A stretch of DNA of 64,000 nt from Thecamonas trahens ATCC 50062 (Eukaryota > Protista > Apusomonadida), in assembly GCF_000142905.1 (NCBI RefSeq), contig NW_013657643.1, positions 13,542 to 77,541 on the forward strand, written 5' to 3'. Position numbers and translations under genes: made by a program. This document shows, in pieces, positions 41,937 to 53,840 of this stretch; position 1 is the first letter of the stretch, and each line of letters opens with the position of its first letter. Below the pieces are notes generated by a model. It was not told the DNA's origin. It saw nothing but the letters and a program-made list of their open reading frames with translations, and searched no databases.

Positions 41937-44900
41937 ATGTCAGGAGGAGGAGGTAAAGGCGTACGAGGTGAGCATGGCCACAACACCTCCATTCTCTCCC
42001 AGATCATTTACCGCGACTTTGAGGATGCCACCGAGGAGCGAGGGGAAGACCTTCTGCACTCGCGGCATGCCCCTGCCCACCACCCCTTCATCACCACCAC
42101 AAGGTACAGTCCCTCCCCCTCCTCCCCTCCCCTCCCCTCCCTCCCCCTCCCCCCCCCCCTTGCCTCCTCCCTACCTGTCCTCCCCCTCCCCCTCCCCCCC
42201 CCCCTCCTCCCTCTCACCCTCTCCCTCCGCCATGCACAGCACCCCCACGCCAGAGGTCATGATCTCCACCTCGCTGACCTCGCCGAGGGCCTCGTATCGA
42301 CAGATGCTGCAGTCTCCGCCGAGTATGAGCACCTCAACCTTGCCCACCGCTGGCCCTTCTACCACAGTGCTCTCAGCCAGGGGACACAACCTGCTTGCTC
42401 CCAGGATATTCCCTCCGCATTTGGTCTCCGAGTACGAGTACGCCTCAATGTCGGAGGAAGCGTCGGACGATGGCCCTCGCTCACCGGCATCAGACATGGA
42501 CCTCATTCCGCAGTTTGGCGGTCACTCGGTGCTGAGCGAGTCGACTCCCTCGCTCCCCTCGCCGCCGCCAAAGGAAAACTCGCTGGTCTCGTTTGCGAAC
42601 CTCTCGATTCCGCACGAGCCGTCCAAGCCCGAGCCGGTCTCGTCGCCCGACTGCTCCCCGGTGCAGACCCCACGCGGGCAGCCGGATTCGGATGACGAGC
42701 CGGAAAACACGAGTGATGGAAGCAGCGGGCCACCAAGCGGCATGCTTCGGACACAGCGTGCGTCGACGATGGCTGCGCGCCCGTCACGGATGCGCGCCCG
42801 CAAGGCTCTTATCCGCTCGCTCTCCCCGCCGCCGTCGCACGTCATGCCGCCGCCGTCGTCACCTGGCGATGTCGCTGCCACTGCCGACGCCATCGGCCTC
42901 GCCATCCCCCCCCTCGACATCACCGGCCGCCGGAGCCGGACCCTGACCGAGTCATCGCAGCCGGGTGCCGCGCCGCGGCCGCACGCTCACCGCTCGATCT
43001 CGGGCGACACTGCAGTGTCCAAGACGAGCATTGCGCGACTGCAGCGTGCGCGGACCGCGTTCCTCCGCGACGCCAAGGCCTTCAAGCGGGCGCTCAAGGC
43101 CGCTGGCGCGCAGCCACCGCCGCCGCCCGCCCGCGGCACGACGCCCAAGGGCGGGTCAGCCGGTGCCGCCTTTGTGCTCTGCCACACCAATGCGAGCTCG
43201 GTGCTCGCGCTCATTGACGAGCTGTCCGACTACGACGTCGAGCGCATTGTGGTGGAGAAGCCCGACTTTCGAACCGAGCTCCTCCATCAGTACCTGCGCG
43301 CATGGGACCCGGCTTGTCCGGCCAAGCGCGCGCTGTACCCGGTCCTCTTCTCCGCGGCAGCCATTGCCGCTGTCCTCGAGGACCTCGCGTACACCGCCAT
43401 TCTGCAGTTGGCCTCGCCGCCTGAGCGCCACCGCGTGGTATCGGTCGTCTCGCCGCGGGCAGCCCGCGAGCTGCACTCGGCCACGCCGACGCCGCGCTAC
43501 GACCCCGGTGCGCCGCTGTACTCGACGACCGGCTCGGCTTCAGCGTCGGCGTCGGCCTCGGTCTCGTCAGCCACTATCACTCCGCGTGATGTTCCGGGCC
43601 TCCCGCCACTTGACATGCACTCCTGTAGCAACAAGATGGGCGGCGCCGACTCCCCGCACTCGCCACCGCGCGCCTCGACCTCGTCGCCGGCCATTGTCGA
43701 CCCGAGCACGCTGCGGATTGCCGCGCCCCGCTCGCGCGAAGTCTCGCCACGGCTCGACCCGTCGTCGGGTGAGAACACACCTGTGCTCGACAAGTCGACC
43801 ACTGGCTTTTTTGGCCTCCTCCGTAAGATTGGCAAGCGCTGGTCGCGCAAAGGAACGCTCCCGCCGTCGCGGATCGCCGCAAGTGCTGCCGACGGAGCAA
43901 GGCCAATCGAGAGCGAGTCTCCGCTGGAGTCGCCAGAGCTGCAAAAGGCACCCTCCGGGGAGTCGGACGCCGCCGGTGTCAACGCCAACAACGTGCTCAT
44001 TCCCGCGCTTGGAGAGCTGCCACTGGAGCAGGCCCAAGCCAAGGGTGCCAAGACGCCGAGCACAGCGACAACGGCAACAACAACGACGTCGACGACGACG
44101 GCATCAACGCCCGTCTCAGCCCCGCTCCCACCGCCAAACACGCCGCTCGCCGGCAAGCTGGCCGACGTGGACGTGCCGCAGCTCTTGCTCTGCCGCATCT
44201 GTGAGCAACAGGTGCCGGACCTGCCTGCGCACTCGCGGACCTGCCTCGCCATTGCCGAGGACGAGGAAAAGGCCGGCTCGGTTGACCTGCGGCTCATCGG
44301 GCAGCTGCGCAAGCTCAAGCCGCACATAGAGGCGCTGGAGTCCGGGCTCAAGGCACCTGGTGCGTCGGAGCTGAGAGAGGACGGGCGGACCGAGCCTGCA
44401 CACGCGCGGGCCAAGCAGCAGCTCTCGCTGCTGCGGCTGGTGGCAGACACCATCATCAACCTGGGTATCAACGAGAACTCGGTCTCGTACGACGACGCCA
44501 TCACGTCGGCTTCGATGGCGGTCGACGTCCTCCGATCGCACGCCGACAAAGTGGATCTTTCGGTGGTGACGCAGCTCTCACTCGAGAAGCTCATCGACAA
44601 GGCGTGCAGCTTGCTGGAGACCAAGATGCAGGCGCTACTGTCTGCCAAGACCAAGGCGGCCGAGTCTGCGGCCGAGTCGGGCCACGCACGGAATCCGGAG
44701 CACACGGTTTGGGTGACGCGAGCAGCGTCGCAGCCAAACATCCTCACGCCGCCGGCAGGAAACCCGGTGCCGACGGCGCCGACGAGTGTGGCCCAAAGGG
44801 CGCTGGCGGCGCAAAAGGGCCACACGCGGCGGTCGTCAAGCGGCTCGGGCCTCATGGGCGTGCCCACCATCCGCGAGTTCAAGATCATCGACCGGATTAG

Positions 44901-46437
44901 CGCCGGGGCGTATGGGAGGGTGTATCTCGCGCGGAAGCGGACAACCGGTGACCTGTACGCCATCAAGGTGATCAAGAAAAAGGATCTTGCCCGTAAGAAC
45001 CAGCTGCAGTATGCGCGGGCGGAGCGCGACATCCTCTCGGACGTGCACGACGCACCGTTTCTGGTCACGCTCTACTTTGCCTTTCAGTCGCAGCGCAACC
45101 TGTACCTCGTGATGGAGTACCTCAACGGCGGCGACGTGCTGGCGCTCCTGTCGGCGTTTGGCGCGCTGGAGGAGGCGCACGCGCGGCAGTACGTGGCCGA
45201 GGTTGTCTCTGCCCTCGACTACCTCCACTCGCACGGCATTGTCCATCGTGATCTCAAGCCAGAGAACCTGCTCGTCGACTCTAAGGGCCACCTCAAGCTC
45301 ATCGACTTTGGCCTCTCGTTCCGCGGCATGATGACGGACCACCCACTGCACAACGTTGTCTCGTCGTACTCGGACGAAGGGGGCACCGAGGTGCCCGAGT
45401 CGCCGGCATCGGGCATGTTGGGCCCTGTCGACAGCGAGCGGCGCCACAACTCGAACGTCGGCACGCCCGACTACCTCGCTCCGGAGATCATTCTCGGTAC
45501 CGGCCACGCACATCACGTCGACTGGTGGGCGCTTGGGTGTGTGACCTTTGAGCTCCTTGTCGGCCTCCCGCCGTTCCATGCCGACTCGATCGAGCTCCTC
45601 TTTGCCAACATTGTCGAGCGCAACGTGGTCGGCGGGTGGCCGGCGGTGCCCGAGGACATGTCCGAGGAGGCGCGCGATTTTACCGACCGCCTGCTGGTGC
45701 TGCAGCCCGAGGAACGGCTCGGCGCGTGCGGCGCGGACGAGGTCAAGGCCCACCCATGGTTCCGCGGCATCGACTGGGCCACAGTCCACCAAGGCCAGGC
45801 GCCGTTTGTGCCCAAGCCGGTCGACGCCGAGGACCTCTCGTACCACGACGACCGCTCGGGCAAGTCGAGGCTAGACGAGGCCGAGCTCCGCGAGGTCGCC
45901 GAGGACGACGACCACCAGCACCGGGTGCTCGAGGAGCTCCGCCCACCGCCGATGTCGCCGGAGCTGGCGACCGCCAAGTCGGCGCCGCCCGCGCGCAGCC
46001 GCCGCTCGGGCGGGCCGCCCAAGTACGGCGTCTTTGATGGCTTTGCCTTTGGCGGCCCCGCATCGGACTCGATCCTTGCCCGCCCGAACCTCGACGACGA
46101 GGTCGCAGACGACGCTGGCAGCGGCGGCGACCAAGCCGGCGACGACGACGCCGTCCTCGACCTCTCAGACTTTGCCGTCGTCAACAAGCGTGCACTGCTG
46201 AAGAAGAACAACGAAGTGGCTATGGCGTCGCCCAAGACCTCGCGACCGCACTCGCGCACCGCCTCGTTTTCCGGCGTCCCGCCGCACATGAGCGACCTCG
46301 CCAGCGGCCCGGGACTCTCCAACTCGTCGTCGACCTCGCACCTGGCCGACCTCCGCGACCGGCTGCTAGTCATCCAAGCCGATCGCTCCGACGAGTCCGG
46401 CGAGTCGCGGGAGCTCTCGATCTCACCGAACATGTAG
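41937..46437 (+). CDS. MAST/Greatwall/RIM15/IRE-family AGC kinase. Exons 41937-42103, 42240-46437
   Basis: ISAGAYGRVYL, HRDLKPEN, DFGLS, activation-loop insert, VGTPDYLAPE, DWWALG; CRICE...HSRTC zinc finger typical of IRE/RIM15. First exon inferred from ACCATG and a phase-2 GTACA..CAG intron (less certain). Confidence 0.88.
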
Positions 46438-46558
46438 CCAGCCAAGCTGAGTGAACACAGAAACCAAGTGGCGCGGAGAAGCACATTGAGTCAATGACGC
46501 GCATCGCAGCGCCTTCAGCAGCAATCAGCCGACCACTCAACGCCGGTGACGACAGCCG

Positions 46559-47647
46559 ATGTTCCGAGTGAGCGGCAGCGGGCTGCGCATGGCACTTGGA
46601 CTTGGCGGGCGGCGGACTGTTACGACTGTCAGTAAAGGCAGTAGAGGCAGTGGTGGAGGAGGCGGTGCTAGTGCTGGTAGTGGTGCGACTGCCCGTGCTG
46701 GTGGTGGTGGTGGTGGTGGTGGTGGTGGTGGTGGTGGTGGGTCGGCGGCAGGGAGTGGCCGTGCCAGCAAGTGGTTGATGGTCCTGCCGATCACCTTTGC
46801 CGGCCTGGGCACGTGGCAGGTCTATCGCCACCAGTGGAAGCAGGATCTGTTGGATGTACGTGAGAGAGAGGAAGGAAGGAGGGGGGGGGGGGGGAGGGGG
46901 GGAGGGTCGTGTGGGTGGTGGGTGTGACTCATGTGTGTCCTGCTGGAATCGGCCGACTTGCTGCCACCGTCTCGGCTCTATGTGCTGTCTGATACCGGAC
47001 CATGACGGGCGCAACACAATTGATGACTCTCCACTGGCCTCGATCGCACGCGCTCTCGCTCCCAGCGTGTGGCCCAGCGTATTGAGCACGAGCCAATGCC
47101 GCTGGCTACGCCGACGCGCGAAGAGGTCGAGAATGAGCTCGAGTACACCCGCGTGGTCACCCACGGCAGCTTTGACCACTCGGCTGAGATTCTGATGGTG
47201 CCCAAGCTGTGGGATGGTGAGCCTGGGGCACACGTTCTCACCCCGCTAGTTCGCGACGACGGCTCGCGGGTTCTTGTCAATCGTGGCTTTGTCCCGCGCG
47301 AGCTCATGCCGCAGGACTCTCGTCGCGACTCGCTCGTCGATGGCCGCGTTGCGGTCGCCGGCATCCTGCGCGCCACCGAGCGGCCCAACTCGTTTACCCC
47401 CGACAACAAGCCCGAGTCCGGGACTTGGTACTGGCGCGACATCGACGCGCTCGTTGAAACCCTCGACGTTCTCCCGTTTGTTGTCGAGGCCGGCGCGCCT
47501 CTGCCCACCGACGAGCCGGCTGACGATTCGCCCATTCGCCCGGGCGTCACCGTCATCTCGGTGCCTAACAACCACTGGCACTACGCTGCCACCTGGTACG
47601 CCCTCGCGCTCGCCACCTCGGTCATGTACCTCCGCCGCCCGCTGTGA
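46559..47647 (+). CDS. SURF1: SURF1/Shy1 cytochrome c oxidase assembly protein. Exons 46559-46855, 47066-47647
   Basis: FAGLGTWQVYR..WK, VLVNRGFVP, WYWRD, NNHWHYAATWY. Confidence 0.93.
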
Positions 47648-47790
47648 GCGTTGGCTCTTGCTGCGCAGGAGGCCGCGTGTGTGTTACAACTCGCTATCAA
47701 AATCTCCCGTGCTGCCAGTTCCTGCGGTTGCCGGCAAACGAGCGCTTCCGGCGCACCAGAGGCGGGCAGCGCCTGCGAGCGTCCAGCACG

Positions 47791-50700
47791 CTACATCAGG
47801 TAGTTGAGCGGAACAACGCCGGTGAGCCCGCTGCTCACGTTGCGCGCCCTGCACCAACCGTCATCAAACTCTTCAAGCACCTCGACCTGGTCGCCCTCGG
47901 CGCACGCCAGCTCGTCGGTCTCGGTGCCAGCAAACGCGTACCGCATCGCACGCCGAGTCGCCACAATGCCAGGCGCAGGCGGCGGCGGAAGCGTCGGAGC
48001 CTTGGACTCCGGCTCGGGCACCGCGTCGGTCGGCGCGATGCCCCACGCCACGAGCTCGAGAGCAGCCGCGTCCGCGTCGCGCGCCGCGGCTGCCCGCGAC
48101 CGCCGCCGCCGCGACCGCACAAGCACCGCCAGCGCGATGGCGCCCACCGCAATGAGCGCAAAGCCTGAACCGGCGACCGTGGCATACGTCGCAGTCGGCG
48201 ACATGGCCGGCGTCGACTTGGACTGGACCGACGCACCCTGCTGGGCGCCGGCACCGCCAGCCGGGCCGGTCACCGTCAGTGGGTTCGACGTGTCGCAAGC
48301 CCCCTGCGCGTAGTCGACCGCGCCGATGTCGTGCGGCGAGCTCCGGGAGCGCCGGCAGAAGTCGTTAGTGACCTGCGAGAGCGAGACGCCAGCGTTGATA
48401 AAGTTAGACCGCTGCGAGGTGTCGCCCGAGAGGCGGAAGTCGCCGTTGTCCGCATCGACAAAGGCGCTGCGGGCGGCGGCAACGGTGGTGAGCCAGTTGG
48501 AGCCACTGGTGGACGAGCCGCCGTTGCGGTCGGAGATGTCGCCACCGGCGATGATGTTGTTGCGGATGTCGGCGGTCGAGGTGTCGAACCGCACGTCGAT
48601 ACCGTCGGTGTTGAACAAAACATTGTTGTAGATCTTGGTGTCGCGCGCCTCGTTGAGGTAGATGCCGATGGCGGCGCAGTTGATGATCACGTTGTTGCGC
48701 ATGGTGCCGCGGCGGTGCTCCGGGTTGCATGTCCCCTGCCCGCACACCGAGTCTGGCGACGTGCCGCCGCCGCCAAACGAAATACCGATGCGCACGCCGC
48801 CCGAGTGGAGGACCGAACAGGCGATGAGGTTGCCCTCGTAGATGCCGTCGGCGCCGTTGGACTTCATGAACGACTGGTACGAGATAGTGTTGCCGCCGTC
48901 CTTCCACGCGTCGTGGAAGTAGTTGTTGCGGACAATCCACCGCTCGCCACCGTCGATGTTGGCCGGGGTGACCGGCGCCGAGGTCCGGCGCCCGCCGGTG
49001 TTGTAGAACTCGTTGTGCTCGAGGAGGCAGTCGTCGGGGAACTGGCCGCTCCCGATGTTTGACTTGATCTGGGCGTTAAAGTCGCGGATGACGCAACGGC
49101 GCATGACGAAAAAGTCAGCGTCGCCCTGAACGTGGAACGCGTGCTCGCAGTAGTCGTGGTCCGAGCACGTGCCGGTGATGTCGAGGTCCTCAAAGGTCCA
49201 GTACTTGGCGGTGACCACAAAGCCCTCGACGTAGTTGGACGAGTGCGAAAAGTAGAGCTTGTGGCCAGGGAGGCCGCGGACGGTGATCGGGTTCGACGAC
49301 GTGCCCGAGCGCGAGCACGAGATACGGCGTAGCGAGTTGAAGGTAATCGAGCCCGAGATGCCGATGACGTCGCCCGGCGAGGCGTTGGCGATAGCGTTGG
49401 TGAGCGCAGACGCAGAACTCACGGTGACGGTGACCGGGGGCGGGGCGGGGCCAGGACCAGGCGTCGGGGTCGGGCCCGGCGTCGGGGCCGGCGTCCCAGC
49501 GCCGACGGACCAGTTGATGACAAACCCGTTGCCGACCGTGTTCGAGTCGGAGGTGAACCGGATGTTGCCGTTGCCGGGAATCGAGGCGATGGTCGGGATC
49601 GAGGTGCCCGAGTACTGCTGGCCCGTCGAGAGAGTCAGGAAGTCGTAGTTGGCTTCGGTGTTGAACTCGGCCGCTGTCAGCGAGATGGATGACGTCGACG
49701 GGAACTGGAAGTTCCACGTGCAGTCAAGGTCGTTGCCGTAGTAGGTCGAGGTCGAGAACGGCGTCGGAACCGTAATCGTGCCCGAGGTGCCGGACGAGAT
49801 GGTGATCGTGCCGGAGCACTGCGCCGGCGGCGAGGGGGTCGGGGTCGGGGCCGGCGTCGGGGCTGGCGTCCCAGCGCCGACGGACCAGTTGATGACAAAC
49901 CCGTTGTCACGGTCCAGTCGACAACAATCCCCGCTCGGCGGTGTTGCCATCGCTCACAAAGCGGAACGTGCCGTCACCGCCAATCGTCGGCAGTGCGGTC
50001 GGTGAGCCGGTGTACTGCCACGACGACGGCGCCGTGTCGGTGAGATACACCCAGTCGTAGTCGGGCTCAGTGTTGAAGTGAATGACGTTGAACGAGACCT
50101 GGGCCGAGAGCGGGTGGGTCCATGTCCAGCGGCAATCGAGGTTGTGGCCGTAGGTGCCAGCCGGGTCGTAAGGGTCGGGGATCGAGATCCGGCCCGAGGT
50201 GCCCGAGAGGAAGACCGTGCCAGAGCACGGGGTGCCTGGAGCCGGAGTCGGCGACGGAGTCGGTGCCGGAGTCGGCGACGGAGTCGGTGACGGGGTTGGT
50301 GACGGAGTCGGCGACGGGGTTGGTGACGGAGTCGGCGACGGGGTCGCACTGCTCACCGACCAGTTGATGACAAATCCGTTGCCGACCGTGTTCGAGTCGG
50401 AGGTGAACCGGATGTTGCCGTTGCCGGGAATCGATGCCATCGTCGGGATCGACGTGCCTGCGTACTGCTGGCCCGTCGAGAGCGTGACATAGTCGTAGCC
50501 AGCCTCGGTGTTGAACTCGGCCGCCGTCAGCGAGATGGATGACGTCGACGGGAACTGGAAGTCCCACGTGCAGTCAAGGTCGTTGCCGTAGTAGGTCGAG
50601 GTCGAGAACGGCGTCGGGACCGTGATCGTGCCCGAGGTGCCGGACGAGATGGTGATCGTGCCTGAGCACTGCGCCGGCGACGGAGTCGGTGCCGGAGTCG

Positions 50701-51793
50701 GCGACGGAGTCGGCGACGGAGTCGGCGACGGAGTCGGCGACGGAGTCGGCGCCGGCGTGGTACCCGACACGGTCCAGTCGACAACAATCCCCGCCTCGGC
50801 GGTGTTGCCATCGCTCACAAAGCGGAACGTGCCGTCACCGCCAATCGTCGGCAGTGCGGTCGGTGAGCCGGTGTACTGCCACGACGACGGCGCCGTGTCG
50901 GTGAGATACACCCAGTCGTAGTCGGGCTCAGTGTTGAAGTGAATGACGTTGAACGAGACCTGGGCCGAGAGCGGGTGGGTCCATGTCCAGCGGCAATCGA
51001 GGTTGTGGCCGTAGGTGCCAGCCGGGTCGTAAGGGTCGGGGATCGAGATCCGGCCCGAGGTGCCCGAGAGGAAGACCGTGCCAGAGCACGGGGTGCCCGG
51101 CGATGGGGTCGGAGTCGGCGCAGGCGTCGGCGACGGCGTCGGCGGCGGCGTTGGGGTCGGCGCGGGCGTCGGACCCGGGGCGCCGCAAGAGGTCACCATG
51201 GTCGTCGTCGACATGAACTGCTGGTTCTGCTGAATGTTCTCGGCGCCCGACATCGGCTCGGGCACCGTCGACGAGCCCGAGACCATCAGGCCCTGGTAGT
51301 CCTCGGCGTCGGTTGTGGTGGCGATGTGCAGGTGCGGGCCGGTCGAGCAGCCGGTGTTGCCGGCATAGCCGACGACCTGCCCACGGCAGACCGTGTCGCC
51401 GACCTGCAGGTTGGCAAACGAGTCGAGATGCGCGTACAGCGTCCGCACGCCCTGCCCGTGGTCGATGACCACCCGCAGCGCGTGGCAGCACCCGTTGTAC
51501 GTGTTGCGGCAGTCATCGATCTTGAAGATCGTACCGGGCGCCATGGCCAGCACAGGCGTCCCGAGCGTCTGCCCGTTGCCCACATACAGATCCAGTCCAT
51601 AGTACTGATTGGTGTACCCAACCCGATCCACGTAGATGTGGCCCGCCGAGCCGGCGTTCGGCCCGTAGCCTGACGAGACCACTACCTGAGTTCCCGACGG
51701 GAACGGCCAGTCGAACACCATCCCGGATGGAAGGAGCGTGCCACCCGGCTGGGGCGAGGTGATGGCATGAACGTATGCCGTCTGCGACACCAT
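47791..51793 (-). CDS. M23 peptidase + 4 CUB domains (PT linkers) + right-handed beta-helix + TM + SH3 membrane protein; frame break at ~49907-49950; 5' exon unresolved
   Basis: M23: GTPVLAMAPG, TLYAHL, GNTGCSTGPHLH. CUB: YGNDLDCTW, FNTEANYDFL, IRFTSD. Beta-helix with IRNN/IYNN repeats; TM FALIAVGAIALAVLV-RSRRRR; SH3 YAFAGTETDELACAEGD...DGW...GVVPLNY. Branch ACTAAC plus CAG acceptor near 51783-51803. Confidence 0.85.
49505..51095 (-). repeat. Near-identical internal duplications encoding alternating CUB types A and B
   Basis: CUB-A ~50760-51095 vs ~49907-50235 and CUB-B ~50350-50680 vs ~49505-49830 are almost identical in DNA; 12-bp (TPSP)n linkers. Confidence 0.9.
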
Positions 51794-52487
51794 CGCATGT
51801 TAGTGCTCGCCCACACACAAACCCGCCCACACCAGCACCCACCATCGCCATCCCCATGCCCGTCGAGGTCAGCTGCGGAAGGCGAGAATGGGCACATAAT
51901 TAACGTCCCCACACCGGTGCAGGACAATGCCATGCCCGCAACCTCCACCATCACCCATCGCCCATTGGCCATTGGCCACGGCCCATGCAGGAGCGAGCCA
52001 TGGCTCATGGCCCAGTCAGAAGCGAGCCATGGCCAAGAGGACCATGGCCAAGACGGACCGAGCCATTCGCAAAACAGTCCAGAGCCTTCCAAAAAAGCAG
52101 AGCAAGGTAACAGTGGCGCTGCAGGTGGGGAACATGGAGCGCACGCATCTGTCGTGACAAGCTACATATAGCTACGTTGTAATTTGTGGTTTCTAAATGC
52201 TTGGGCGTGTTGGGGGCGCACCCAAGGGTGTAGGGCTGTGGAGTGCGGCTGGTGGAAGTGGCAAAAAGGCCAAAAAAAAATACCAAAAGCAACAATGGCA
52301 TTCGCTGTAGAGGTGCACTCACTGCTGATGCAGGTGCACTCACTGCTGATGGGCAGAGAGGAGGAAGGGTGGGGGGGGGGGGGGGGGGGGGGAACGGTGG
52401 GGACTCATGCTGTGTGGGAGAACATCATCGGCTGCGGGGTCTGATCTGCACGTGGGGCTGGGGCTGGGGCTGGGGCTGGGGCTGCAG

Positions 52488-53840
52488 ATGGTGGTCCTCG
52501 TCCGCGTTGCTATCGTAATGGCTTACGCATGTGGCCTCACGCCGCCAACAACCCCGTCGCCTACACTGGCAGCAGTCTTGATCGCATCGGCAGTCTTTGC
52601 CATTGTCAAGGCTGCCCTGTTCGACTTTCCGATGTCGCCGCACCTGGCTGCGCTCATCGCCACCTTTGTACTGGCCGCGTTTGCGCCTCCGCTCACACTG
52701 GTCGGCCACATTCTCTCGTACACCTCGTACCTCTCGCCGGTGCCTCTTGCGCCGCACCTGCTGGGCGTTGGCGACGACGACCAGCGGGCGCCACTGCTCG
52801 GTAGCAGCACCCGCGGCACCATCAATGGCTACGCCTCGCACCGCTTGTCCTCCTCCTCCGCGTCCTCGTACACCAGCGGGGACGAGGAGGCCTCGGGCTC
52901 GGGATCGTTTGTGTCGGGCACCTCGTTTGCCAGCTGCGACACCGAGTTTGTCTCGGCCGACGGCACTGCAGCCTCGTTTGCCGCATCATCGTTTGCAGGC
53001 GCAGCATCGCCGGCCTCATACTTTGGCACGCCGCGCTCGGACCGGACCTGGGCCGGCGAAGACGGTCTGCTCTACGCCACCCCACCCGAGCACTCGTATG
53101 CCGCCGCCGCCGCCTCCGCACGTCTCGCCTCGCCACCGCTACCGCCGTCGTCGTCGCAAGGAGTTGCAGAAGCAGCAGGCGACGGCGTCACATTTGGCGG
53201 CATTGATGACGCACCCGAGGCCCACCGCGAGCTTCTGCTGCAGACTTGCACCGCGCTGCACGCCTCGCTCTCGGCAGACGCGCCCGGCTGGGAGCCGTTC
53301 TCGCTCGGCAGCTCGGTATCCAACGGCGTCACTCTCGAGGTCAAAGACATGCCGCACGGCGTCCAAGCCGCCCGCGCTCTTTTCTCGCTCTATGCCCCGG
53401 TCGACGCAGTCATCGCCGCGCTGAGCGACTGGACCCGCCGTGCAGAGTGGGACCCCGGGTTCGAATCGGCGACCCGCCTCGCCGAGCTCGGTGGCGGCGC
53501 GGCCGCCTGGCGCCTGGCCTTCCACGGGCGCGAGCTCACCCAGCAGCGCGATGCCTGCGTCCTCTCCGCGCTGTCAGCAGTTGGCCCGCGCGGATCAGCC
53601 ATGCTCGTCGCACTGGTCTCGGTCGAGCGCAGCGACTGTCCGCCGCGCCCTGACTACGCCCGTATGACTGTTTATCCCTCGGGCTTCCTAGTCGAACCGC
53701 TTCCGTCCGGCGCCACACGGGTCGCCGCTCTCTTCGCCTCGGACATCGAGGGCTGGGTTCCGCGCGCCATCAAGCGCCAGCTCACCGCCTCGGTCGCCCT
53801 CGCCGTCGTCGCCGTCTGCAACTCGCTCGCTACAAGCTAG
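52488..53840 (+). CDS. START lipid-transfer domain protein with N-terminal membrane segments
   Basis: Hydrophobic N-terminus, Ser-rich linker, START motifs RRAEWDP, QRDAC, SVERSDCPP..DYARM..YPSGFLVEP, DIEGWVP. An upstream exon is possible. Confidence 0.8.
   Translation: MVVLVRVAIVMAYACGLTPPTTPSPTLAAVLIASAVFAIVKAALFDFPMSPHLAALIATFVLAAFAPPLTLVGHILSYTSYLSPVPLAPHLLGVGDDDQRAPLLGSSTRGTINGYASHRLSSSSASSYTSGDEEASGSGSFVSGTSFASCDTEFVSADGTAASFAASSFAGAASPASYFGTPRSDRTWAGEDGLLYATPPEHSYAAAAASARLASPPLPPSSSQGVAEAAGDGVTFGGIDDAPEAHRELLLQTCTALHASLSADAPGWEPFSLGSSVSNGVTLEVKDMPHGVQAARALFSLYAPVDAVIAALSDWTRRAEWDPGFESATRLAELGGGAAAWRLAFHGRELTQQRDACVLSALSAVGPRGSAMLVALVSVERSDCPPRPDYARMTVYPSGFLVEPLPSGATRVAALFASDIEGWVPRAIKRQLTASVALAVVAVCNSLATS

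Noticed and set aside
41701-42231. Continuous N-terminal extension of the kinase ORF from 41701
   Set aside because: Reads through poly-G/poly-C intron-like DNA; a spliced start at 41937 fits better.
52175-52235. U1-like Sm site AATTTGTGG followed by a hairpin
   Set aside because: No ACTTACCTG 5' end or U1 stem-loops upstream.
53450-53475. tRNA T-loop-like GGTTCGAATC
   Set aside because: Lies inside START-domain coding sequence with no cloverleaf.
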